Shown piece by piece: positions 53,191 through 64,000 of a stretch of 64,000 nt of DNA (position 1 is its first letter; each line of letters starts with the position of its first letter). Under the pieces are notes generated by a model that had not been told where the DNA came from, ran no database searches, and was given only the letters and a program-made list of their open reading frames with translations. Made by a program: the position numbers and the translations under genes. The stretch is from Eledone cirrhosa (lineage: Eukaryota), in assembly GCA_964016885.1 (NCBI GenBank), contig OZ024761.1, forward strand, positions 16,120,001-16,184,000, written 5' to 3'.

Positions 53191-53824
53191 ATGTGTCACA
53201 TTCAATAATGGATAAAAAATATATTTCAAAGTGAAATTTCATTCTCTCTTTCTGGTGAATGAGGATGGCTTTCCCCCATCACCACTTTCATCACCACCAT
53301 CAGCACCACTATCACCACCATCACCACTTTCATCACCACCATCACCACTTTCATCACCACCATCAGCACCACTATCACTACTACAATCATCCCCCCCCCC
53401 CACAATCCCCACAACCATCACCACCATCATCACAACCAGTACCCCCCCCCCCCCCCGACACCATTCAACCACCACTACCACCACTAGTGCCACCACCACC
53501 ACCACCACAACCATCACCACCACCACAACCGCCACCACTCCCACTATCCCCACTCCCACCATCACTACTACCACCACCACAACTACCGCCGCCACCACCA
53601 CCACCACCACCACCACCACTACCGCCCACATAGTTTGCTCAAGTAGTGGTGGTTATCATATGGGTCAAAGATATGAACCCTGTCATCCCATCCTGTTACA
53701 CATTAGATACTGTTGGGCCAACTAGCTGATAATTAAAGCACTTACAGCACAACTGACAAGACTAACTATGGTCTGACATTGATGAATAGATTATTATTAT
53801 TATTATTATTATTATTATTGTGAG

Positions 53825-54215
53825 GGGCGGTGGATTGGCAGTATCGGTAGAGGGTCGGACACCATGCTTTGACGCATAGAGTTACGGCCCTTGCCATTCT
53901 GAGTTCAAATCCCGCCGAGGTTAACTTTGCCTTTTATCCTTACAGGGGTTGATAAAATAAAGCACCAGTAATGCACTGGGGTTCATTTAATCGACACCCC
54001 CTCAAAAAAAATTGCTGGCCTTGTGCCTAAATCAGAAACCAATGGTTTGGCAGTATCGGTAGAGCATCAGACAACATGCTTTGCAGCATAGAGTTATGGC
54101 CCTTTACGTTCTAGGTTCAAACCTCCGCCAGGTTAACTTTGCCTTTCATCCTTACAGGGGTTGATAAAATAAAAGCACCAGTAATGCACTGGGGTAATTG
54201 TTGGCCTTGTGCCAA
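53825..54215 (+). mobile_element. Two tandem Meta-like SINEs
   Basis: Head, core and tail twice. Confidence 0.78.
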
Positions 54216-54217
54216 AT

Positions 54218-54418
54218 ATCTGGCCATAATTCTCTTACCTCTTTCTGTTCAAACTGGCCCCAACTGGCCCCTCATACCGATGTTAAGGTATTGTTCTCAA
54301 AATGAATAATATCAAAATCTCATAGATTAGATATTATGTGAAATAGTTATGTATGGTAAAGCCTTTACTGCAAAAATACAATACTTTATATAGAGTAATG
54401 TAAATGCTAAAGGGTTAA
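54218..54418 (-). mobile_element. piggyBac-like MITE, one end truncated by a SINE
   Basis: Reverse copy ending AAATGCTAAAGGG TTAA. Confidence 0.78.
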
Positions 54419-54618
54419 CTCTTAGAGTTCTTGGTATGTTATATATACCAAGATTATTGGCTGTGTTAGATATCTTTAACTTTTGGAGTCCAGGATTGGT
54501 ATGTCATATATATATATATGTATATATATATATATGGATATATATATATATATATATATATATGTGGATATATATATATATGTATATATATATATAGGTA
54601 TATATATATATATATATA

Positions 54619-55950
54619 TTATACGCAGATGATCTAACGCTCATAGCTGAATCTATGGCTGATCTAGAGAAGAAATTCGAAACATGGAAGCATGGCCTAG
54701 AATCAAAAGGCCTTAAAGTTAACTTGTCTAAGACTAAAGTTCTAGTTTGGAGAAAGGAAAATAGGGCACAGGTGCCCTCAGGGAAATGGCCATGCTCAGT
54801 GTGTAGGAAAGGAGTAGGCAGAAATTCTATTTTATGTCCCAAATGCAAAGTATGGATACATAAAAGATGTAGTGGGATCACAGGTAAACTATCTAAGAAC
54901 GTAGACTTTATATGTGGCCGATGCTCAGGTGCAATAAGTAGCAAGTGTTCAAAGGATACTAGCTCCTTCTATTGCCCAGATGGTTCTATAGAAATAGTAG
55001 ACACTTTCCGTTACCTGGGTGACGAAATCAGCAGTGGTGGAGGGTGCTCTGAAAGTACAGTAGCCAGAGTCAGAATGGGATAGAAAAAGTTCAGAGAGCT
55101 TATACTGCTGTTGGCCACAAAAGGTTTCTCTCTAAAAATGAAAGCAGATTATATGATGTCTGTATACGACCAGCAATGCTACATGGCAGTGAGACATGGG
55201 CATTGCGTGCAGAGGACCTGTGTAGACTGGAAAGGAACAAAGCTTGCATGCTCCGTTGGATGTGTAATAGTAATATACGTGAACGGCAAAGCATAATAGA
55301 ACTAAGTGAGAAATTAGGAATAAGAGGGATCAGATGCTGTTTACTTGAGAGAAGACTACGTTGGTATGGTCACGTGATGCGCATGAAAAATGACAGCTGC
55401 ATAATAAAGTGTAGGGCGATCAAAATTGATGGTAGTTACGGAGTAGGTAGACCCAGAAAAACCTGGGATGATCTGATAAATTCCGACCTCACACACTTAC
55501 ATCTCTCTAAGACAATGTCTCTGGACCGAGATCTTTGGCGCTACACAGTAATACAGAAGACCCGCCTTGCCTATGTACAAAGCGAAACCTACAGTCAGTA
55601 GGCACCACTTAACCAAATATACACCCCAATCCACTACCCCTACCCTATCCTCCCACTCCCACCAATCAACACGAGAAAATGAGATCGAGATCGTGTAGGT
55701 GTCACGACAAAAAACACACACAGTCCCCGCTGTAATGTGGCCGTGTAGGTAACACGGTAAAAAGTTCCCAGTTCCACACTGTAAATGTGGTTGGTGTTAG
55801 GAAGGGCATCCAGCCATAGAAAACCTGCCAGATAGTCCTATATGAGCGAGACATGGTCACCCGACCAACCTTGCCTCAAGTGGGACAACTCCCGTCTAAC
55901 CCATGCTAGCGTGGAAAATGGACATTAAACGAAGATGATGATGATGATGA
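54619..55950 (+). mobile_element. 5'-truncated RTE-like LINE: RT C-terminal half, 3'UTR and (GAT)n tail; pseudogenised
   Basis: YADD at 54622, GLKVNLSKTK, FRYLG, LHGSETW, RRLRWYGHV, GRPRKTW; TAG at 55081 and a frameshift near 55145. Confidence 0.9.
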
Positions 55951-56506
55951 TATGTATATATCATCATCATTTTACGTCCGCTTTTCCCTGTAAATGTGGT
56001 AGGTGTTAGGAAGGGCAGATACAGTCCTATATGAACGAGACATGGTTACCCAATGAATCCTGCCTCAAGTGGGACAATTCCTGTCTAACCCATGCTAGCA
56101 TGGAAGATAGACATTAAACGATGATGATGATGATGATAAATAGTGCAGAAGATAAGGTTCTTATATGCGAATGTTACCCTGTAACGTCATGAGGGTAAGC
56201 TGGTTCAAGTGACCCAAAAGCAGTTCACGTCAATGGTTTATCCCAGCTAAAAGTTGGTGATTAGGAGTGACAGAGTATTCATTTATTAATTAAAAGTAGT
56301 TAAGATGGGGTTACTTCACCATAATTGCTTTATTGTGTGATATAAATGTGACTTCATCAGTTACTTATATAATCATAAGTGCAGTTATGCAATCATGGCG
56401 ATATGACGCTGGTCATGTATTACCATCCTGTTGTGATGCCAGCACTAAAGCAGTTATGGTGAAGTAACCCCCTTTTAACTACTTTTAATTAATACATATA
56501 TATATA

Positions 56507-56678
56507 TACCATATTTCCTGGCGTCAAAGACCTTACTTTTTTCATAAAATAAGTCTCAAAAATCTACCAGGCATCCTGGAGGCCAAAGGTTGTTTGTTAT
56601 TTTTTTTCAAAGTTTTGGCTGTCAAAATTAGGGTGCTTCCTCGAGGACAAAGCGTCTTCGGCGCCGGGAAATACAGTA
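56507..56678. mobile_element. Tc1/mariner-pogo-like MITE
   Basis: TA-CCATATTTCCTGGCGTC ... GGCGCCGGGAAATACAG-TA. Confidence 0.6.
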
Positions 56679-57259
56679 TATAGATATATGTATATATGAA
56701 AAACCTTTTTGTACATATCGTTATTTTGTTGCATGTATAGCTTGTGCCTTCGGTCGGTTTGTGCCTTCCATGGGTTAGACGGGTTGTCCCGTTTGAGACA
56801 AGTCAGATCATCAGGTGACTGTATCTTTCTCATACTGAACATGTGTGTATATATATATAAATATATACACACACATGTATTTATATATGTGTGGTATAAT
56901 TATGTGTGTGTGTGTGTGTGAGAGAGTGTGTTATATAAGGAAGTAGGTGGGTTGACTAAGTAAAAGTCTGTATATGTAAATATTAGCCGCTCCAAAAATA
57001 ACTAAATAGCAGGATGTGTTTATCCATTTGACTCCCACTCTTGTGCTTCATCTGGACCTCCTCTCCCACCTCTCCCACTTTCCCTCTCACTGTCTCTGTA
57101 TTACACACACACACACACACACTGTCTTTCTTACTATCTCTGTCTCTTATTCAGACTCTCTGCCTTACCCACACAGTCACCTTATCAGTCCTTCTATATC
57201 TGTCTGTCTATTTCTCTCTCTCTCTTTCTCTAAATATATATATATATATATATATGTGT

Positions 57260-57598
57260 GTGGAGGCACATGGCTAGAGCATTGGCCTTGCAATCGAAAG
57301 GTTGTGAGTTCAATTCCCAGACCAGTGATGTGTTGTTTCCTTGAGCAAGACACTTTATTTCACATTGCTCCAGTTTACTCAGCTGTAGAAATGAGATGAT
57401 AGGGACTGGGGTCCCTATCATTCCACTGCAAAGTGGTCGTGGAGGTGCCACGGCAAAAAAAGCACCCAGCACTCACTGTAAATGTGGTTGGTGTTAGGAA
57501 GGGCATCCAGCTGTAGAAATCAAGCCAGAATCAGTTCCCGTCCCACCCTTGCAAGCAGGGAAAAAGCGGACGTAAAATGAAATGATGATGATGATGAT
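57260..57598 (+). mobile_element. CORE-type SINE
   Basis: Near-identical to 24168-24512. Confidence 0.8.
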
Positions 57599-57659
57599 AC
57601 GCACACACAGATAAATATATATATATATATATATATTTATACACATATATATGTATATA

Positions 57660-58208
57660 TACAGTTGTCCCCTGGTATTCACGGGAGTTACGTTCCTAGA
57701 ACATCCACAAAGAATGAAAGCCCGCGAATATTAGACGTGGTCCATAAAAATGCCTATAAACGTCAAAATATAACATAAAATATAATAAAAGAAGAGGGAG
57801 CATCTTATGCGAAGGGGCGTCCAATAGACTGGCAACTACGGGACATTGTTATTAATGGATTGGCAGTATCGGCAGAGGGTCGGACGCCATGCTTTCCAGC
57901 ATAGTTACGTCCCTTTACGATCTGAGTTCAAATCCCGCCGAGGTTGACTTTGCTTTTCATCCTTACGGGGTCGATAAAATAAAGTACCAGTAATGCACTG
58001 GATAATTGCTGGCCTTGGGCCTAAAGTAGAAACAGTTATTAAAATTTAGTGTTAAAAATATATATTGCTATGAAGAAAACATTTTTAAAATTGCGGAAGA
58101 TATTTATGATTCCACGAATATGTAGTGGTTTCCACGAACCATTATTAGTTAGGTTCTGAGGAAAATTCCCCGAATAACTGGGACTGAGAATGCCAGGGTA
58201 CACTGTAT
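57660..58208. mobile_element. Tigger/pogo-like MITE with nested Meta-like SINE (about 57855-58035)
   Basis: TA-CAGTTGTCCCCTGGTATTC ... GAATGCCAGGGTACACTG-TA. Confidence 0.65.
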
Positions 58209-58919
58209 ACATGTGTGTGTACATATATTTATATATATATATGTGTACATATATTCATATATATGGCGTGTAGGCGCCACGGAAAAAGCACCCAGCACTC
58301 ACTGTAAATGAGGTTGGTGTTAGGAAGGGCATCCAGGTGTAGAAATCAAGCCAGAATCAGTTCCTGTATGAGCAAGGCATGGTCAGTCGACCAGACACTG
58401 CCCACAACAGGACAACCCGTCTAACCCATGCTAGCATGGAAGAACGGACGTAAAACGGTGATGATGATGATGATGATGATATATGTGATGCGAATGGAGG
58501 ATGACCGCTGGGTAAAGAAGTGCCAAGTGTATATTTGCAATATGGCATGTGCATCTGTATTTAACAAAGAGAAGACAGCGAATGAAAACAAGGCAAAACG
58601 AAAAAAACTTTTTGAAAGGAAAACCTTTGAAAAATTTTTTTGAAAATAAAAATACAAATGAAAGACACAGAACTCCAAGGTCTTCAGCTGTCAAGATAGA
58701 TTTCTGGCAGTTTTGACCCTTACCAATGGTATTGCTGGTTCATAAGGGATCACAGTCTCTGACACAAACCAAAGCGCTGTTCAATGGAGTAAAAGACATG
58801 ACTACCTTACAGGAAGAATTTGGTGTTTTTTCTTGTGTCACCAATATGGCCACCTTACAGGATGGACTGTATGCTTTTGTTGTTGTAGCACTGTATCAGC
58901 ATACATGGTGCACTCAATG

Positions 58920-60195
58920 TAAATTATAGGTACATAAGAGGTGTAGTGGGATAGCAAGTAGGCTAACAGAAAAAGTAGATTTTGTATGTGGTAGCTGTGG
59001 GGATAGTTTCTAGTAAAAACACTAGTGAAATAAAACTTCTACAATCCCAAGAAGATCCCATAGAAGTCGTTCATAGCTTCTGTTACCTGGGTGACCTAAA
59101 ACCTGTAAAATAAACCGTTTCCATTCCTGAGAAGGTCCCACTGAAGTAGTTCATAGCTACTGTTACCTGGCTGATCTAAAACCTGTAAAATAAACCATTT
59201 CCATTCCTGAGAAGGTCCCACTGAAGTAGCTGATAGCTACTGTTACCTGGCTGATCTAAAACCTGTAAAATAAACCATTTCCATTCCTGAGAAGGTCCCA
59301 CTGAAGTAGTTCATAGCTACTGTTACCTGGCTGATCTAAAACCTGTAAAATAAACCATTTCCATTCCTGAGAAGGTCCCACTGAAGTAGTTGATAGCTAC
59401 TGTTACCTGGCTGATCTAAAACCTGTAAAATAAACCATTTCCATTCCTGAGAAGGTCCCACTGAAGTAGTTGATAGCTACTGTTACCTGGCTGATCTAAA
59501 ACCTGTAAAATAAACCGTTTCCATTCCTGAGAAGGTCCCACTGAAGTAGTTGATTGTTTTTGTTACCTAGGTGATCAAAAACCAGTAAAATAATCCTTTT
59601 CAATTCTGAGAAGGTCCCGTAGAAGTAGTAGATAACTTCTGTTATCTAGGTGAAATAATTAGCAGTGAAAGAGATTAATCTGAATGCATAATAGCCAGAA
59701 TAAGAACAGAGCAGAAAAACTTCAAGGAGCTACTACCCGCAAGCAAAGGGTAAATTGTATGATGTCATCGAGCGAGATGCAATGCTGCATGGTTAGTACA
59801 CATGGGCAATGAATCCTGTGGATATACAAAGGCTGGAGAGAAATGAATCAAGCATGGTCTGTTGGTTGTGAAACGGTAGAGTGGATGAGTGAATGACCTA
59901 GCATGGATGAGCTGAGAGGAAAACTGAAAATAAGAGGAATCATATGAAGATAAGATTGTGCTTGTGTGGACACAGGATGAGTATGGATGATAAATCATTG
60001 AGTGAACAAGTGTCGGGTGATCCCAGTGGATGGAAGGTCAAGGAAGTCCTGGGCAGAGGTGGTGAAAGGTGATCTTAAAAACGTTAAACCCTAGAGAAGA
60101 GATGGTGAATAAATGTAACATATAGAGTGAAGCAGACAGGTCCAATTAACACAAGCATGAAATAATAGATGTAAAATGTTGATGATGAAGATGAT
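58920..60195 (+). mobile_element. Heavily decayed RTE-like LINE fragment containing an 80-bp array
   Basis: Colinear with 54850-55550 (HKRCSG, EVVDNFCYLG, ARIR, RKSWAEVV) and ends in a GAT tail. Confidence 0.72.
59061..59652. repeat. 80-bp minisatellite, about 7 copies
   Basis: Units start at 59141, 59221, 59301, 59381, 59461 and 59541, with diverged outer copies. Confidence 0.96.
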
Positions 60196-60213
60196 GTATA
60201 TATATATATATCA

Positions 60214-60283
<70 letters not shown>

Positions 60284-60415
60284 ATATATATGTAGATAAA
60301 TCTACCAAAATATACGGTAGTGTCCAATCCGTATGAAGAACTTAATGTAATCCAAATATCATGAAAATATATAAGGAGCTGTTTCTTTGTTTTTATTAAT
60401 ATATATATATATATA

Positions 60416-60502
<87 letters not shown>

Positions 60503-60927
60503 TTTCCAAGATCATTTATCTAACGGAACATTTGGGTTGATGATCTCAATTACGAGAATACAGTTTTGCTTCTCCCATTTATAAAGCTATATATATACAC
60601 ATGTTATATATATACACATGTTATATATATATATATATATATATATACTCACACACATGTTAATATAGAGAAGTAAAACCAAAAACACGTCCTCCACACA
60701 CACCTCAAAATGGCTGCATAAATGAGCTTTTAACAACCACTTCCATGTTATTTCAGCCTTGCCACCCATGGCTACCCTGCAGCACACCTTTGCTATTTTA
60801 GATCGTAAGGGTTCCCCTCCACCACACCACCCTCACCCTGTCTCCAGCCACCACCAACGCATCAACCATCCCCACCCCCGCATCCTCCTTACACACATAC
60901 ATATATATATATGTGTGTGTGTGTGTG

Positions 60928-60999
<72 letters not shown>

Positions 61000-61053
61000 C
61001 CTGAACGAGTGGTTGTAATTACTATATTCTATATATACTGTATATATATACAT

Positions 61054-61116
<63 letters not shown>

Positions 61117-61195
61117 TGTGTGTGTATATATATATATATATATATAGAATATAGTAATTACAACCACTCGTTCAGGCAACAACATATATATATAT

Positions 61196-61273
<78 letters not shown>

Positions 61274-61370
61274 GTATATATATATATATATGTGTGTGTG
61301 TATATATATACAGTATATATAAAATATAGTAATTACAACCACTCGTTCAGGCAACAATATATATATATAT

Positions 61371-61424
<54 letters not shown>

Positions 61425-61726
61425 TTACTGGCACAAGGGAAGATGCTTCTCTCTCTCTCTCCTTCTTTCTCTCCTCCTTTCTCTTTCTCTCTCTCCTTCT
61501 CTCCTCCTCCTCTCTCTTTCTCTCCCTCTCTCCCTCCGTCTCTCTCTCTCTCTCTCTCTCTCTCTTACTCCAAGCTCACATCCAGAGGGATCAGATATAA
61601 AGAGATGGAATACAGATGAAAGAAAAGGAGAGAAGTGGTGGTGGTGGTGGTGAGAGGAGATATAGTTAGAGAGAGAAGAGGAAAAGAAAAGCAGTGATAA
61701 GATGCAAGATAAGGAATTATAAGATA

Positions 61727-61760
<34 letters not shown>

Positions 61761-61774
61761 AATTCCGACCACAC

Positions 61775-62226
61775 ACACTTGCACCTCTCCAAAACAATGT
61801 CACTGGACCGAGATCTTTGGCGCTACACAGTTATACAGAAGACCCGCCTTGCTTAAGTACAAAGCGAAACCTACTACAGTCAGTAGGCACCTCTAACAAA
61901 ATACACCCCCGTCCCACTACCCTCACCACATCCACACCACCCCCTTAAATGTGAAGTTATGTTGGTACCACAACATCCAGTCCGAAACAAATGAGGTCGT
62001 GTAGGTGTCACGACAAAAAAACACACAGTCCACGCTGTAATGTGGCCGTGTAGGTAACACGGTAAAAACCTCCCAGCCCCACACTGTAAACGTGGTTGGT
62101 GTTAGGAAGGGCATCCAGCCGTAGAAAACCCACCAGACAGTCCTATACGAGCAGGACAACCAATCTTGCCTCAAGTGGGAAAACTCCCGTCCAAACCCAT
62201 GCAAGCGTGGAAGATGGACGTTAAAC

Positions 62227-62260
<34 letters not shown>
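61775..62260 (+). mobile_element. RTE-like LINE 3' end, same family as 54619-55950
   Basis: LDRDLWRYTVIQKTRLA, 3'UTR and (GAT)n. Confidence 0.82.
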
Positions 62261-62262
<2 letters not shown>

Positions 62263-62537
62263 AGGATAACAAGGACGATTGGTTACTCCTTCATTACATT
62301 TATTGTTATCCTTTCAATATATTACACTCTGTATAGCTCTACACCTCAACACAGAAGTGAACCTAAACGTCGAGTGCTCACCCGGGTGAACCTGCAGTAA
62401 CTCCAAGTTACACTCCTTAGATATATATATATATATATACATATATGTATGTAAAAGGTAAACAGAAATAACAACACAATCGGTACAGTATATGGAAGGT
62501 ATATATTAGGTTAACGCTTAATATAGCAGGAAGAGGG

Positions 62538-62573
62538 TCTTAACGTTTCGGACACTAGTCCTTCATCAGAAGA
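62538..62573 (-). ncRNA. Minimal hammerhead motif, family E
   Basis: Minus strand TCTT-CTGATGA-A-GGAC-TAGT-GTCC-GAAA-CG-TT-AAGA. Confidence 0.6.
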
Positions 62574-63524
62574 AAGTATGAGAAATAAAATAGATTCAGG
62601 GGACGGGCGGGATGGAATTGGAAAAAATGTCTTTAGATAAAGATAACAGGTCCATTCATGTTGACATCTCTTGCAAAATCCTTTCACGTTCCGTCCACTG
62701 TGTCAATGACACAACAGTCCACACTGTAAGGTACTTGTGTAGGAGACACGGTAAAAAGGCTCCCCATCCAACCTGTAAATGTGGTTGGTATTATATATAT
62801 ATATTAGTAAAAGGAAAAGAAAATGCTGACAAATTTTTCCCAGTGAAAAATAGTTTAATTAGGAATAAGTATTGGTTAGTATTCAGTTTTAGTTTTAAGT
62901 TTTTACCGGTTGCGCATTTCTAATGCTTTTCAAAAATAATTTTGAGATAGAGCGCCCGTGATGTTTGCTCTAATATATATATATTTATTTATTTATATAT
63001 CCTTTCCCGTTTTTTACAGCATCTAGCTGTAAAAACAAAAAAAACCTGCCAGATACACTTCCGTATGAGCGAGACACAGTCTCCTGACCATTCCCATATC
63101 AAATGGAACAAAACTGTCTAACCCATGCTAGCATGGAAGATGTACGTTAAATGATGATGATGATCTATATATGTATATATATATATAATTCAAAATTCAA
63201 TAAGATCAAGGATTATTATTATTATTATTTATTTATATATCACTACAGGTGTTTCAATGTGGCTACAGTATCCCATCCATTTGTAGAGAAAAAAAACTGG
63301 ATATTATCAGTTATTTTACTCCATTATGAGTGCCCCATCCACACCATATCTCTGCCCTTTATTCATCCAGTTTCTGCTTGCTCCTGAATAACGAAGGGCT
63401 AAAAAAGTGCCTCAAGCTTAACTCATCTTACCAATGAAAATGGTGAACTGTTACACTATAACCATATATATCATCATCATCATCATCATCATTTTAAGTC
63501 CGCTTTTCCCTTCTTGCAAGGGTT

Positions 63525-63566
<42 letters not shown>

Positions 63567-63714
63567 CGAAGGAAATGTGGTAAGGAACCAGGTGGACCAT
63601 AACGCACCAAAGTACTCAATACTTAGGGTAGTAGAAGAGTGGGTAATAGGAACCAGTAAGACCAGAATTAGCCGTCGAAATGGCTTGTGCTCAGCTGTCG
63701 GGGTCTTACTGGTT

Positions 63715-63758
<44 letters not shown>

Positions 63759-64000
63759 TGATCGAGTATCGAAAAATCGGCGTACGAGTTCACGACAAAC
63801 AAAATTCGATATGAGCGGCAGAGTGCTCACTGATTTAGATAAATCAGAGCTATAACTATCGTTAAAATACCGTCACACACAGAACAAGTCTATAATCAAC
63901 CGCACGATCGAAAATTTGCGATTACGGAAGATTCGGGACACTCAGATAAAAAATCTCAATAATTCAATAAATTAAATGAATATATATATATATATATATA

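Overview
Repeat-dense, AT-rich animal genomic DNA. The SINE families and the (TA)n/(CA)n density suggest an octopod cephalopod, which is inference only. The one protein-coding gene I can support is a minus-strand heterotrimeric G-protein alpha subunit of the rare Gv class (gnav). Seven GT-AG exons splice in frame from the ATG at 48341 to 278 and give the first 267 aa (MGSCLS..., P-loop [20 protein letters not shown]); the last exons lie beyond the window start. Intron 1 is about 40.4 kb. The rest is mostly transposon debris: two tRNA-derived SINE families, CR1-like and RTE-like LINE fragments, piggyBac-like and Tc1/pogo-like MITEs, Helitron-like elements, minisatellites amplified from TE segments, and microsatellites. 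The most unusual signal is about 18 minimal hammerhead-ribozyme motifs from five sequence families. They sit in short (TA)n-flanked fragments and fold-back palindromes that resemble Penelope-like element or retrozyme ends, and several are in the sense orientation of the gnav pre-mRNA. Almost all other ORF-track entries are translations of low-complexity repeats. Repeat boundaries were read by eye and are approximate.
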